A stretch of DNA of 64,000 nt from Dehalococcoidia bacterium (GTDB taxonomy: Bacteria; Chloroflexota; Dehalococcoidia; Lucifugimonadales; UBA1123), in the NCBI GenBank assembly GCA_034420555.1, contig DAOULF010000060.1, positions 58-64,057 of the forward strand. Direction: 5' to 3'. The stretch's first letter is position 1. Each line of letters begins with the position of its first letter. The notes under the pieces are model-generated. The model did no database searches, was not told the origin of the DNA, and was given only the letters and a program-made list of their open reading frames with translations. Below, in pieces: positions 23,956 through 34,127 of this stretch. The translations under genes were made by a program, and so were the position numbers.

Positions 23956-24306
23956 ATGCGTATAATCTTCTGCTCGGAGTGCGGCGAATATTCGCTCGAC
24001 CCCGCGACCAAGTGCGACATATGCGACTCGTCGCTGCCGGAGGACGGCTGGGCCGAGGTCTCCGGTGAAGACCTGGTGCAGCTCGACTACGTTGACGACA
24101 TGGAATACGAGTCCCATCTGCCTATATGGGAGTACGAGGTTATCAAGCTCAATGCCAGGGCGGACGCGGTTAAGTACAACACCGAACTGCTGAACAGGAT
24201 GGGCGACGCGGGCTGGGAACTAGTTTCGGTGGAGTCGTCGTCGGATTCCGATTCGATCCGGTTCGGGATATTCAAGCGAGCCTGGCTGCCCGAAGATTTT
24301 ATATAA
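23956..24306 (+). CDS. Zinc-ribbon + DUF4177-like small protein
   Basis: 116 aa. The N-terminus has CSECG...CDIC. The C-terminal WEYEVIKLNARADAVKYNTELLNRMGDAGWELVSVE matches the DUF4177 pattern. Confidence 0.6.
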   Translation: MRIIFCSECGEYSLDPATKCDICDSSLPEDGWAEVSGEDLVQLDYVDDMEYESHLPIWEYEVIKLNARADAVKYNTELLNRMGDAGWELVSVESSSDSDSIRFGIFKRAWLPEDFI

Positions 24307-24339
24307 GCGCGCTCGCGAGGCCTGGGGACATAGCTGCCG

Positions 24340-25014
24340 ATGACTGACCGACCAATTACGTCAATCCTGTTCGACCTCGACAACACGCTCATAGATCGCT
24401 CAGAGGCGTTCGAGAGATTGTTCGGGCACTGGTACGACACGCTGCCAACCCCCGACCGTCCGCCTGACAGAGAAGAGTTCGTTTCTCGCATGGCGCGCTA
24501 CGGCATAGGCTACGCGCCGATACCGGAGATTTACGAGGAAATGCTGGAGGTGTGGCTTGGCAGCTTTTCCAGCCTGGACGCGGCGGTGGAGGCGCACTTC
24601 GCCATGATGCCGGCGGTGGTGGGACTTCATCCGGACACCGAGGCCATGCTGAAGTGGTTCCGAGACGAGGGTGTTCCGGTGGGCGTGGTCACCAACGGAG
24701 GAACTGAGACCCAGTGGGGCAAGCTGAGAAAGACGGGCATCGCCGATCTGGTGACCGCCTGCGTAGTATCGCAGGAATTCGGCGCGTGGAAGCCGGATCC
24801 GGCGATCTTCAACCACGCACTGCACCTGATAGGCGCGGGCGCGGAATCCACCCTGTTCGTAGGCGACAACTCCGAGCACGACATACTTGGCGCGATTGGG
24901 GTAGGGATGCGGACGGCCTGGATGCGCCTGGGGCGGGAGTGGGAGATCGAGTCCGCGCGTCCTGACTACGTTCTGAATGCGGTCTGGGAGGCGGAAGGGC
25001 TGGTTTCGGTCTAG
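24340..25014 (+). CDS. HAD-superfamily hydrolase (subfamily IA)
   Basis: Motif I is ILFDLDNTLIDR, motif II is VGVVTNG, followed by K(PD) and motif IV (LFVGDNSEHDILGA). Confidence 0.8.
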   Translation: MTDRPITSILFDLDNTLIDRSEAFERLFGHWYDTLPTPDRPPDREEFVSRMARYGIGYAPIPEIYEEMLEVWLGSFSSLDAAVEAHFAMMPAVVGLHPDTEAMLKWFRDEGVPVGVVTNGGTETQWGKLRKTGIADLVTACVVSQEFGAWKPDPAIFNHALHLIGAGAESTLFVGDNSEHDILGAIGVGMRTAWMRLGREWEIESARPDYVLNAVWEAEGLVSV

Positions 25015-25502
25015 GAAGCGCCGTCGCGCCAGTCTCGCATTATCGCGTCGTCGTGAGGAAATGGCAGCGAAGGAAGTTCGTCCGCCGGGAACCAGCCGAC
25101 GGCCTGGGTCTCGTCCCCGGCCTCCGCGAACCCTCCCTCTACGCTCGCGGCAAACGCCACCAGGACGACCGGCGCGCCACGACTCGAGTACACGCCCAGC
25201 AGCCTGTCCAGCGCCACCTCGACGTTGGTTTCCTCTCTCACCTCCCGCACCGCGGCCTCCTCGACCACCTCGCCCCTGTCCACGTAGCCGGACGGGAAGC
25301 TCCAACGCCCCATCATCGGCTCGATGTCGCGCTTGACCATGAGGATCTTATCTTCGCGCGATACCACCACCACTACGGCCAGCTTGGGGTCCAAGAACAC
25401 GACCGCTCCGCACGAGTCGCACGAGGGGCGCATTGCCCCGGCTACGTCGCGTTCGTCCATTGTATTTCCGCACCTGTGGCAGTAGCTGTGGTCGGAGGGC
25501 AA
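25011..25502 (-). CDS. NUDIX hydrolase with N-terminal zinc ribbon
   Basis: It has CHRCG...CDSCG followed by the Nudix box GRWSFPSGYVDRGEVVEEAAVREVREETN. The stop overlaps the HAD gene stop (convergent). Confidence 0.8.
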   Translation of the reverse strand: MPSDHSYCHRCGNTMDERDVAGAMRPSCDSCGAVVFLDPKLAVVVVVSREDKILMVKRDIEPMMGRWSFPSGYVDRGEVVEEAAVREVREETNVEVALDRLLGVYSSRGAPVVLVAFAASVEGGFAEAGDETQAVGWFPADELPSLPFPHDDAIMRDWRDGAS

Positions 25503-25811
25503 TGTCGTTCCTTTTGTCCCTGATTCCTGGATCAGCGGTGAGATTATACGATATACGCGCTCGTGTACACTGTTGCTGATGCACAGGTCGGCACACAGTT
25601 CAATTTGTCATTTCCGGGAAGTAGAATCTCTGAAAAGCGCGCCGCTCTTCAACTCACTGAGCAACTGTTGAATAAAACGCACCAAAGAAATCACTTTTTT
25701 GACGCCGAACCACCGTCGCGCGATATTCCACTCTACCGAAGATGCACAGTACAATCACTCCCATAGCCGACGCTTGTCCTGTATCAGAGCTAAGAGAAAG
25801 AAGGGAATTGG

Positions 25812-28529
25812 ATGCGCGCCAAGATCGTTCTTACGCTCAGAGCCGTCTTGGCCCTGCTGTTGGTTGGCATATTTGCGCGTGGCGTGGTTGGCGTAGAGGC
25901 TTCCGGCGAATTCATCGGCCAGGTAGCGTTCTCAGACAGCCATCAGGCGAGTTTTGACGATGTTAAGGTGACGCTAATCGGGCGGGCCGTTATCGAGACT
26001 GCCACGGTTGGACAGGATGGTATATTTCGCTTCCCGGGACTGGCCGCGGATGAGTACGGAATTCAAGTCAACAAGCCTGGATATAGATCGCCCTCTACTC
26101 GCCATTTTACGGTGGGTGACGACGGAATTATCTCTCCGGGTTCGCGGATGTTCTTGCTTGATCCGTTGCCGTCAGACCTATGGGTATTCCATTGGCAAGC
26201 TGATGCCACCGAGTCTGGCCAGGAATACGCCTCACAAGCCCACGCCATTCAGCCCCTCCACGTGTCGTTCCTCGATGATGACGAGTCTCTCGCCGGTAGT
26301 TCCGCAGCCGTTCAGATCCTCCGCGACTACAACATCGTTCTCGTGAACCAAGCTGGCAATCGCTGGTCCGCAGAGCACGCCTCCCGATTCCTTAGTGCCA
26401 TGCAGTCAATTCCTCAGCTAACCCGCAACCCATACCGCGCCCAATCGCTTCCGGCTAGTCGCTGGTACATCGCCGAAGAACACATCGCCAACGATCTTGA
26501 AATCACCACTCAACCCGAAACAGGCAAGACCGTCCGCATTGCCGCAGCCGCTTTCGTAAACGCGTCTCCAAAGCTGGTCGAAATCGAAGGGAAGAGAGGC
26601 CACTTCTTCTCCCAAAGGTTACACCACGCCCTTGTGCGCTATGTCACCGACAACGGCAACGACGTCAGCGCATACGAGAAGATATTGCGAGACCGCTACG
26701 GCGTCTCTACGCAGATTGGTAGCTATGCGACCCTCACGGCATCCACTACAGGGGAGGGCAGTTCACGATTCCAGCACTTCCACCCGGAAGAGATCATCCA
26801 GATCATCAATATGTTAGAGGAGATGCCGTTAGGTATGCACAAGATTGACGGGCTGCGATACCTCGCGCGACGTTTGGATGGCAACCCACATCCACTGTAT
26901 CCGCAGGCGCCAGCCGTTGCCTGGCCTGCCGCCGGGTACATCGAGTTCATGGAAAGTGCCTTCGACTCTCCCTCAATCGAACATACCCATCGTCTGATCG
27001 TGCATGAGAAGGCGCACTTCCTCTGGGAACACACATTCCCTGTGTCGCTCAAGCAGGCGTGGATCGAACTGGGCGAATGGTATCAGACCGACTCGGACGA
27101 GTGGCGGACGAAGCAGCAGACGCAATTCGTCAGTTCCTACGCTCATGGCATTAACCCGAACGAAGACATGGCTGAATCCATCGCCTATTATATACTAAAT
27201 CCGGACAAACTGCGGTCCGTCGCGCCCAAGAAGTATGAGTTCATCCGGGAACGGATCATGCACGGCGACATCTACATCTCGCAAGTTCGGCCCGATCTGA
27301 CTTTTGAGGTATTCAACCTGTGGCCCGATTACATCTTCCCTGGCAAGATCAAGCGAATAGACATCGAGGCGCGCGGCCTGCCGGAAGAAGATAAAGAGGT
27401 GCGAGTCGAGCTTGAACTCCATGTGCGAGCGGATATAGGCCAAGGTGCCACAAGAGCATATATGCGGATATTCAATGAGCTAGGTGGGTACGTTGATTTT
27501 TACCTTTATCCCATTAACGAGTCCGGGACCATCCTGTCCAACACCTTCAAGTTGAGCCGTCACGTCAAGTCTGGTTACTGGGCGCCAACGCAGATTGAAC
27601 TTGCGGACGCAGTCGGAAATGAGCGGTATGAGGGCACCGGGGACTTCTCCTGGTCGCTCTACATCAACAACCCGCTCGAGCGCGTCGAAGCTCCAGGATA
27701 CGTGCCTAACTCCATCCAGATGTCGGCATTGCCGGGCGCGGATGATGTTCAGATCATCGAAGTCTCCTGGGAAGTAGCCGCCGACCCCACAATGATGCGT
27801 CGCCGACAACCCTGCTACGTTCGGATGAACGATGAGCATCCAACAACCTACGCCTTTGACGAGTACGGTCATTACGACGAGGCGACAAGACTTTGCGTAG
27901 TACAGTTTCCGATGCCCCCATATATGCCGGACGGGATGTACACAGTTGTGTATATCGTGATGGAGGATATAGCGCGCAATGAGTCTAGGGTCTATTTCCG
28001 GGATCCGGGATATGTGCTGCGACAAGAGGACATGATAGTTGACGAAGATGGCCCACAGGTGAGGTTGACTACCATCAATCCTGACCTACAGGGACCGGAG
28101 GTAAACGTCAACAAGATCTATGTGCGGGCGCGCCCGACGAATCCACGCCTACCGGATGGGGAAACGTACGTCACTATCACGTTCGATGTACGCGATAACA
28201 TTTCGGGCTTTGAACATGGGGCCGTGTATTTGCGAGATCCGCAAGGCAAGGAACACTACTACTACGTCTATCACAGCAGTTATCGCGACCTGTATCCGTC
28301 TGGCGACCCGAAAGAATGGGAGACGTTCACCCACACCATCATTCTGCCGCGAGGGTCAGCGCCGGGGATCTGGGGACTGACTTCGCTGCGAGTTGATGAC
28401 AGAGCGGAGAACGAGAGGCATTACGACTTCACGGAGGTCATGCACTTTGTCGTTGGCGACGCAGAGAACGAGAGGCATTACGACTTCAATAAGGTCATGC
28501 GCTTTGTCATTTGGGACTCGGAGAACTAA
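25812..28529 (+). CDS. Large secreted protein with carboxypeptidase-regulatory-like domain and HExxH zinc-metallopeptidase motif
   Basis: 905 aa. Features are a signal peptide (LALLLVGIFARGVVGVEA), a CarboxypepD_reg-like segment (GQDGIFRFPGLAADEYGIQVNKPGY), LIVHEKAHFLWEH (HExxH), and a C-terminal beta-rich region with a tandem repeat. Confidence 0.6.
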   Translation: MRAKIVLTLRAVLALLLVGIFARGVVGVEASGEFIGQVAFSDSHQASFDDVKVTLIGRAVIETATVGQDGIFRFPGLAADEYGIQVNKPGYRSPSTRHFTVGDDGIISPGSRMFLLDPLPSDLWVFHWQADATESGQEYASQAHAIQPLHVSFLDDDESLAGSSAAVQILRDYNIVLVNQAGNRWSAEHASRFLSAMQSIPQLTRNPYRAQSLPASRWYIAEEHIANDLEITTQPETGKTVRIAAAAFVNASPKLVEIEGKRGHFFSQRLHHALVRYVTDNGNDVSAYEKILRDRYGVSTQIGSYATLTASTTGEGSSRFQHFHPEEIIQIINMLEEMPLGMHKIDGLRYLARRLDGNPHPLYPQAPAVAWPAAGYIEFMESAFDSPSIEHTHRLIVHEKAHFLWEHTFPVSLKQAWIELGEWYQTDSDEWRTKQQTQFVSSYAHGINPNEDMAESIAYYILNPDKLRSVAPKKYEFIRERIMHGDIYISQVRPDLTFEVFNLWPDYIFPGKIKRIDIEARGLPEEDKEVRVELELHVRADIGQGATRAYMRIFNELGGYVDFYLYPINESGTILSNTFKLSRHVKSGYWAPTQIELADAVGNERYEGTGDFSWSLYINNPLERVEAPGYVPNSIQMSALPGADDVQIIEVSWEVAADPTMMRRRQPCYVRMNDEHPTTYAFDEYGHYDEATRLCVVQFPMPPYMPDGMYTVVYIVMEDIARNESRVYFRDPGYVLRQEDMIVDEDGPQVRLTTINPDLQGPEVNVNKIYVRARPTNPRLPDGETYVTITFDVRDNISGFEHGAVYLRDPQGKEHYYYVYHSSYRDLYPSGDPKEWETFTHTIILPRGSAPGIWGLTSLRVDDRAENERHYDFTEVMHFVVGDAENERHYDFNKVMRFVIWDSEN
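28407..28529 (+). repeat. 57-bp (19-aa) tandem repeat at the 3' end of the metallopeptidase-like gene
   Basis: gagaacgagaggcattacgacttca... occurs at 28407 and 28464, and a third unit begins at 28521 and is cut by the stop (gagaacTAA versus gagaacGAG). At protein level it reads ENERHYDF(T/N)(E/K)VM(H/R)FV. Confidence 0.8.
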
Positions 28530-28664
28530 GGACAGCCCCAAGTCCCAGGCGAGCGCCGTGGCTGCTTTCACCCAGATTGACCGGCGTCGGAGGGCGAATC
28601 TATAATTGGCCTACCGAATAACTCCGGTTGGGGTATCAATCCAAGCGACAGAAGAGGTGTCACG

Positions 28665-29423
28665 TTGGCGTCCATGAGAGAAAACAGGGTCAAGGCTAAA
28701 CTGAACAGGGGAGAGGTGTCGGTCGTCTTGTCCGGGCACATGACGCCGGACATAGTGGACTGGCTCGGCCCGCTAGGATTCGACGGCGTGTGGATAGAGG
28801 GCGAGCATGGCCCGGTGGACTATAAGGACATCCCGGACCTGACCAGGGCGGCGGACATCTGGGGCATGACCTCGGTAGTGCGAGTCAATCAGAATGTGCC
28901 GGGCGTGATTTATCGCACCCTGGACGTGGGAGCGCAGGGTATCGTGGTGCCACACGTGAACACGAAGGAAGAGGCGGAAGCGGTAGTGAGCGCGGGAAAG
29001 TTCGCGCCGATTGGGGAACGCGGGATGTTCGGCAGCCGCCAGAGCTACGGCGTGGATAACTACTTCGCCGAGGCCAATGACCAGAGTCTGCTCATCGTTC
29101 TCATAGAGGACATTGTGGCGGTCAACAACCTGGACGAGATACTCGAGGTTGACAACATTGACGTGTTCTTCGTCGCACCGAGCGACCTGGCACAGTCTAT
29201 GGGCTACATCGGCCAACTCGGACATCCCGAAGTGACTAGCACGATTGACGGCGCGCTCGAAAAGATAGCCGCATCGGGCCGAATCCCGGGGGCGCTCGCA
29301 AGCGACGCGAATGTAGAGGCGTACATCGAGAAGGGCGTGAAGTTCATGATGACAGGCTGGACGGCGTGGGCGCAGGCGGGAGCGGAAGCATTCAAGGAGA
29401 AGGTGGCCGCGGCGACTTCCTGA
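28665..29423 (+). CDS. HpcH/HpaI-family aldolase (2-keto-3-deoxy-acid aldolase)
   Basis: 252 aa. NRVKAKLNRGEVSVV, FDGVWIEGEHGP, VVPHVNTKEEAEAVV and VLIEDIVAVNNLDEIL are typical of the HpcH/HpaI family. The start is uncertain (TTG 28665 or ATG 28674). Confidence 0.8.
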   Translation: MASMRENRVKAKLNRGEVSVVLSGHMTPDIVDWLGPLGFDGVWIEGEHGPVDYKDIPDLTRAADIWGMTSVVRVNQNVPGVIYRTLDVGAQGIVVPHVNTKEEAEAVVSAGKFAPIGERGMFGSRQSYGVDNYFAEANDQSLLIVLIEDIVAVNNLDEILEVDNIDVFFVAPSDLAQSMGYIGQLGHPEVTSTIDGALEKIAASGRIPGALASDANVEAYIEKGVKFMMTGWTAWAQAGAEAFKEKVAAATS

Positions 29424-29442
29424 CGCAGGATAGAGGGTGGCG

Positions 29443-29907
29443 TCAGGCGACCGACGCAGCTCGCAGCTTGTCCAGTTCGATCTTGCCCATGGTGAGCATC
29501 TCTTCCATGACGGCGGTGGACGCTTTCTCCATCAGTTGGGGCATTTCCGTCGGGACCACCTGCCAGTGAACTCCGAACCTGTCCTGAATCCATCCGCACT
29601 GGCTTGGAATGCCGCCCTCGGAGAAGCCGCTCCAGAAGTAGTCTATCTCTTCCTGCGAGTCGCAGGCGATAACGAATGATATGGAGGGCGTGAACTCGTA
29701 GGCGGGGATGCCGTCGAAGGCGGTGAACGTCTGTCCCTCCAGTTCGAACTCAGCCAGTCCTGAACCTTTGGCTGGGCCGGTGGTGAATTCGGTCGCGCTT
29801 ATCATCCGTGAATTGGGGAACAGCGAGGTGTAGAACTCGGCAGCTTCGATGGCTTTCCCGTCGAGCCACAGGGATGGGCTTATCTTGGTTTGGAGGCTCG
29901 TTGTCAT
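29443..29907 (-). CDS. VOC/glyoxalase-fold protein (PhnB / 3-demethylubiquinone-9 methyltransferase-domain family)
   Basis: 154 aa. Supporting segments are ISPSLWLDGKAIEAAEFYTSLFPNS and WIQDRFGVHWQVVP. Confidence 0.7.
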   Translation of the reverse strand: MTTSLQTKISPSLWLDGKAIEAAEFYTSLFPNSRMISATEFTTGPAKGSGLAEFELEGQTFTAFDGIPAYEFTPSISFVIACDSQEEIDYFWSGFSEGGIPSQCGWIQDRFGVHWQVVPTEMPQLMEKASTAVMEEMLTMGKIELDKLRAASVA

Positions 29908-30028
29908 TCGCTCTCACCTTCCATTTGGGTAAGTTACGGTCGTCCGCGTATTCGGCGACAGCGGCAATCGTAGCGAGCGCGGATATGGAGGGTCAATTCG
30001 GGCTGGGGTCTAAAAGGAGCGATTTGGG

Positions 30029-31285
30029 ATGGTCAATGTCGCCAGTCTGATGGAGTCGGAAATGGAGACCGATCTTCTCCAGACCGTTCGCGCCGTTGCG
30101 AAGGCCGCCGAGGATTGCGGGGTAGAGCCGTATCTTGTCGGAGGACTGGTACGCGACCTCATATTAGGCGTTTCAGCGTCTCCCGACCTGGACATGACGC
30201 TGGTTGGGGCTACTGCCGAGACATTCGACGATGTAGCGCGTCGAGTGTCCGGGGAGATAACCAAGAGGTCGCAGTTCAACACCGTCGCGCTGAGGGTCGG
30301 AGTCCACGACTTCGACCTGATCATGGCGCGGGTCGAGAGCTATCCTACGCTTGGAAGTCTGCCTATCGTGCGGCCGGGGACGCTGGATGAAGACCTGGCC
30401 AGGCGCGACTTCTCGGTGAACGCGATGGCTGTCTCGCTGTCGGAAGCGACTTGGGGGGAGTTGTATGACCCACAGGGCGGATTGGCTGACCTCCGAGATG
30501 GGACGTTGCGGATACTGTATCCCGGCAGCTTTCGGGACGATGCGACGCGGATACTTCGGGCGGCAAGATATTCGAATCGGTTATCGCTCGCTATGTCCCC
30601 TGAGACCAAGGACGCTTTACTCGGTTCGGTAGGGTTCATCTCGAAAATCTCGCCCGCACGGATAAGGGACGAGTTGGAGCGAGTCTTTCTCGAACCGGAC
30701 GCCGCCGCTGCGCTCGGCTTGTTGAGCGAGTGGGGCGCGCTGTCTGCGATCAGCCCGGCGCTTGAGTATGAGGCAGACGCATGGTCCCTGTATTCGGAAA
30801 GAACGGACGGCTTGTCCAGGCGGGGCAGGATAACGGTCGGGTACGCGATACTGGGAGCCGGGATGTCTGCGAGTGGGGCCGCTAGCGTGGTGGCTCGGCT
30901 TATGCCGGGGGCGAGAGCGCGGCGCGCGTTGCGGGATTCGGCTGGGTTGATAGCCCGGATCGAGGAAGGCGAGTTCGTGGGCGCGGCTAATAGCGCGGTC
31001 GCTGAAGCGCTGGACGCTTTATCGGAGCTTGGTGTCATAGGATGCGCCATTGCCAGGGCGGGAAGTCCAATCGGCGGGCGGCTGGAAGAGTATCTCCAGG
31101 TCCACAGGCCGCTCCGGACGATACTGACGGGAGATGACATCATCGCGCTCGGCGTTCGACGGGGGCCGGAAGTCGGCAGAATCCAGAGACGGCTGCGGGC
31201 GGCGAGGCAGGATGGGGTTATTGAGAGCAGGGAGGAGGAGGAGGCTTTCGTCCTGGACAGTCTGAAAGCCTCTCTTGAATGCTAG
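30029..31285 (+). CDS. CCA-adding enzyme / poly(A) polymerase-family tRNA nucleotidyltransferase
   Basis: 418 aa. It has the Pol-beta head motif PYLVGGLVRDLILG...DLDMT, the RRDFSVNAMAV motif and a C-terminal helical body. Confidence 0.75.
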   Translation: MVNVASLMESEMETDLLQTVRAVAKAAEDCGVEPYLVGGLVRDLILGVSASPDLDMTLVGATAETFDDVARRVSGEITKRSQFNTVALRVGVHDFDLIMARVESYPTLGSLPIVRPGTLDEDLARRDFSVNAMAVSLSEATWGELYDPQGGLADLRDGTLRILYPGSFRDDATRILRAARYSNRLSLAMSPETKDALLGSVGFISKISPARIRDELERVFLEPDAAAALGLLSEWGALSAISPALEYEADAWSLYSERTDGLSRRGRITVGYAILGAGMSASGAASVVARLMPGARARRALRDSAGLIARIEEGEFVGAANSAVAEALDALSELGVIGCAIARAGSPIGGRLEEYLQVHRPLRTILTGDDIIALGVRRGPEVGRIQRRLRAARQDGVIESREEEEAFVLDSLKASLEC

Positions 31286-32703
31286 CCAAGCGCGACGCCG
31301 GAGCCGAGACCCGGTTCGGTCATGCCGGACGGGTCTAGTATCTCATCCAGTTCGTCCGAGGACAGGTCGGTCTTGACGAGCGCGACCTCCTTGACGGTCT
31401 GGCCGGTGGCCTGGGCCTCCTTCGCTATGTCGGCGGAGGCGTCGTAGCCAATTACGGGCACGAGGGTCGTTACGATTGCGAGTCCGCGGTCAACCATGTC
31501 CGGCCCCGCCGATGTCGCCTCCAGGTCGCGGACGCACTGTCTGGCGAGGTTGCGGGCGGAGGCGGCGAGCAGGTCTATGGACTGGAGCAGGTTGTAGGCG
31601 GCGACGGGCATCATCACGTTGATCTCGAAGTTGCCCGACTGTCCAGCGACCGCGATAGCAGCGTCGTTGCCAATCACCTGCGCGGCGACCTGGCAGACGG
31701 ACTCCGGTATGACGGGATTCACTTTGCCGGGCATTATGGAACTTCCGGGCTGGACTTCGGGCAGCATGATCTCTCCGAATCCGGCGCGTGGGCCTGAGCC
31801 GAGCCAGCGGATGTCGTTGCTTATCTTCATCAGGCTGACGGCGACCGTCTTGAGCGCGCCGCTGGCGGCGACGATGTTGTCCAGCGTGCTCTGAGCCTGG
31901 AAATGATTGGTGGTCTCCCTGACCTCGACGCCTAGAGCTTCGGACAGGCGCGCGCAGACCCTGGAGGCGAATTCGGGGTGGGTGTTCACGCCGGTGCCGA
32001 CCGCTGTGCCGCCCAGCGCGACCTCGCCGAGTTCCTTCTCGGCTTCTCTGAGGCGCGAGATGGCGCGTTCTACCTGTCCGGCGTGGCCCAGGAATTCCTG
32101 TCCGAGCCTGACCGGGGTGGCGTCCTGGAGGTGGGTTCGGCCCGTCTTCACGATGGGCATGAACTCGTCCGCTTTGGCGTCCAGATCTGCCTTGAGCTCT
32201 TCGAGCGCGGGGATGAGTTCGTCGTGAATCGCCTTGAGCGCGGCGATATGGATGGCGGTGGGAATGACGTCGTTGGAGGACTGGCCGATGTTCACGTGGT
32301 CGTTGGGGTGGACCGGGGTGCGCGATCCCTTCGTTCCTCCGAGGTTCTCTATCGCGCGGTTGGATATGACCTCGTTGGCGTTCATGTTGGTGGAGGTGCC
32401 GGAGCCGGTCTGGAAGATGTCCACGACGAACTGGTCGTCGAAGTCGCCGTCGGCCACCTGGCTTGCGGCGGTGACTATGGCGTCGGCAATGTCGTCGGAG
32501 AGAAGGCCGAGCTCGCTGTTGACCTGTGCGGCGGCGAGCTTGATCGAGGCTATGGCGTGAATGAAGGAACGCCCGAACCTGAGGTCGCTGATAGGGAAGT
32601 TTAGGACGGCGCGCATGGTGTTCGCGCCGTAGTAGGCGTCCACAGGCACGTTGAATTCGCCCATCGAGTCGCGTTCCAGCCTGTATTCCTGTGAGTCTGA
32701 CAC
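31282..32703 (-). CDS. aspA: Aspartate ammonia-lyase-like member of the class II fumarase/aspartase family
   Basis: 473 aa. The signature is GSSIMPGKVNPVIPESVCQVAAQVIGND (NPV(V/I)PE as in AspA, versus NPTQCE in FumC), and the N-terminus is AYYGANTMRAVLNFPIS. The FumC versus AspA assignment is by motif only. Confidence 0.7.
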   Translation of the reverse strand: MSDSQEYRLERDSMGEFNVPVDAYYGANTMRAVLNFPISDLRFGRSFIHAIASIKLAAAQVNSELGLLSDDIADAIVTAASQVADGDFDDQFVVDIFQTGSGTSTNMNANEVISNRAIENLGGTKGSRTPVHPNDHVNIGQSSNDVIPTAIHIAALKAIHDELIPALEELKADLDAKADEFMPIVKTGRTHLQDATPVRLGQEFLGHAGQVERAISRLREAEKELGEVALGGTAVGTGVNTHPEFASRVCARLSEALGVEVRETTNHFQAQSTLDNIVAASGALKTVAVSLMKISNDIRWLGSGPRAGFGEIMLPEVQPGSSIMPGKVNPVIPESVCQVAAQVIGNDAAIAVAGQSGNFEINVMMPVAAYNLLQSIDLLAASARNLARQCVRDLEATSAGPDMVDRGLAIVTTLVPVIGYDASADIAKEAQATGQTVKEVALVKTDLSSDELDEILDPSGMTEPGLGSGVALG

Positions 32704-32947
32704 TTTATCGCTCCTGTGATTCAGTCGGTGGGTTTGGGATGTACAGGATAGTTTACCAGCGTGTGGGTTCGGATGTCGCAGAGTTCTCGCAAAAGCTGGA
32801 GTATGCGACGCTGGATAAGTTCAGATTTATGATAGTACGGTTTCTGCTGGCGCAGTCTGCTGGTGTACGCAGGTGACCTGCTGGTGGGGTCTGGTATCTG
32901 TATTTCACCTGCATATCCCTGTATTTCCCAGTTCCGGGAGTTTTTTC

Positions 32948-33045
32948 GGGTCGGTTGGTTCCATTGATAAATCTGGCCTTATGAATAAATACTAATGTTC
33001 TGCCATGAAGGTATTGTAGCAGAGGGGGAGAGGGGATGTGTAGTG
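32948..33045 (+). repeat. ~100-bp non-coding element B (partner of 11291-11395)
   Basis: The same four blocks occur in the same order: TTTTTCGGGTCGG (32952), CATTGATAA (32972), GTTCTGC (33007) and GGTATTGTAGCA (33020). Confidence 0.55.
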
Positions 33046-33259
33046 GAGTTGGAAACGGATGCAGTTTCAAGGTTTGTATTCGTTTGACACGGGACTGACA
33101 TACCCAGATAATACCGCTTGCCAGAGCGATCAACCCCAAGTGAAGAGAGCAATATCCGTTACGGACGAGAGTTAGGGGCCATTGTGCCCCCTTGTTGCTC
33201 TCAGGGGTTGAGGAACGCTTTGGCAAGCAGCCACTATCTCTTGTCGCAAGGGGGTTCTA

Positions 33260-33361
33260 ATGACCGAGCAACCACAAAACCCAACAAAGACACCCATTTG
33301 GATTAAGATACTCATAGGCGTGGTTGCGTTCTTCGTCATAATGGTATCAGAGCTAAGATAA
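33260..33361 (+). CDS. Possible 33-aa single-pass membrane peptide
   Basis: The sequence is MTEQPQNPTKTPIWIKILIGVVAFFVIMVSELR, with AAGGGGG 5 nt upstream of the ATG. That SD can pair with CCCCCTTG about 55 nt upstream. It is too short for compositional support. Confidence 0.25.
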   Translation: MTEQPQNPTKTPIWIKILIGVVAFFVIMVSELR

Positions 33362-33439
33362 GCACCCTTACCTCCGACAAAGTTGGAACCCTCTGGGTAA
33401 AGTAAATCCAACGTCTCCAACGTCCATTAAGGAGAAGAA

Positions 33440-34099
33440 ATGGCTAGAATATGCTTGTCTTTAGGACTACTATTGGTCCTCGTAGCGTGTAGTAGAACGA
33501 CCGATCTGGCATCAGCGCCTACGGCAATGGCAATGCTGGTACCGACGGCAACGCCAACGTTGGTTCCTACCGCGACGCCAACATCGATACCGACAGAAAC
33601 ACCACTCCCTACCGCGACGCCAACATCGATACCGACAGAAACACCGCTCCCTACCGCGACGCCAACATTGACAGCGACACCGACGTTGACACCTACAATG
33701 ACAGCAACCCCACCACCCACAGCGACACCGCGACCTACGATGACTCCACTGCCTTGGAAGACAGAAGTATTGACTCTCGAGGAGATATCCCGGCTGATTG
33801 ATGAGGAAGGTTGGGATCCCTTTAAGGATTCATTCTTGAGAGGTAGAATCAAAATTACTGCAGACTGGGTTGCTCCTGCGCAAATCTCCACTAGCGAGAT
33901 AAGAGCCTCAACGTCAGGTCTGACAGTCAGGGCGAGCATTGGTGAAGTGATAGAGTATGCTAGAAGTCTGGGAGTCAGGACATACGAGTGCTCTATAGAG
34001 AACTTCATTAGGAGAACCATCATAACGGACGTGCTTAGCGTTTCTAAGTGTGCACTAATTGATCAGCCGCCTGACGAGACTGATACCAATTCAGAGTGA
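33440..34099 (+). CDS. Lipoprotein with Pro/Thr-rich tandem-repeat linker, C-terminal domain of unknown function
   Basis: It has a lipobox (LLLVLVAC-S), about 80 aa of (P)TATPT... repeats, and a ~110-aa C-terminal domain. The coding region is lower in GC than the window average. Confidence 0.65.
   Translation: MARICLSLGLLLVLVACSRTTDLASAPTAMAMLVPTATPTLVPTATPTSIPTETPLPTATPTSIPTETPLPTATPTLTATPTLTPTMTATPPPTATPRPTMTPLPWKTEVLTLEEISRLIDEEGWDPFKDSFLRGRIKITADWVAPAQISTSEIRASTSGLTVRASIGEVIEYARSLGVRTYECSIENFIRRTIITDVLSVSKCALIDQPPDETDTNSE
33566..33672 (+). repeat. 42-bp tandem repeat (2.5 units) inside the lipoprotein gene
   Basis: cctaccgcgacgccaacatcgataccgacagaaacacc(a/g)ctc occurs at 33566 and 33608, with a partial third unit at 33650. 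It encodes [14 protein letters not shown]. Confidence 0.8.
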
Positions 34100-34127
34100 T
34101 GTCACCACGTTCTACCTATCGGGCTGA

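Noticed and set aside
22625-23965. 446-aa plus-strand ORF in another frame over the MFS gene
   Set aside because: The product is extremely Arg/Gly-rich with no TM segments or motifs. The overlapping frame encodes a convincing 12-TM MFS protein.
31282-32703. Calling this gene fumC
   Set aside because: The signature-loop context (GSSIMPGKVNPVIPE) and N-terminal AYYG..T.RA..NF.IS pattern are closer to aspartate ammonia-lyase than to FumC (NPTQCE). It is kept as AspA-like with reduced confidence, since motif inspection alone cannot settle it.
32753-33226. 157-aa minus-strand ORF in the AT-rich spacer after aspA
   Set aside because: It has no motifs and an odd composition. It spans the conserved non-coding element B and part of the aspA upstream region, so it is more likely non-coding.
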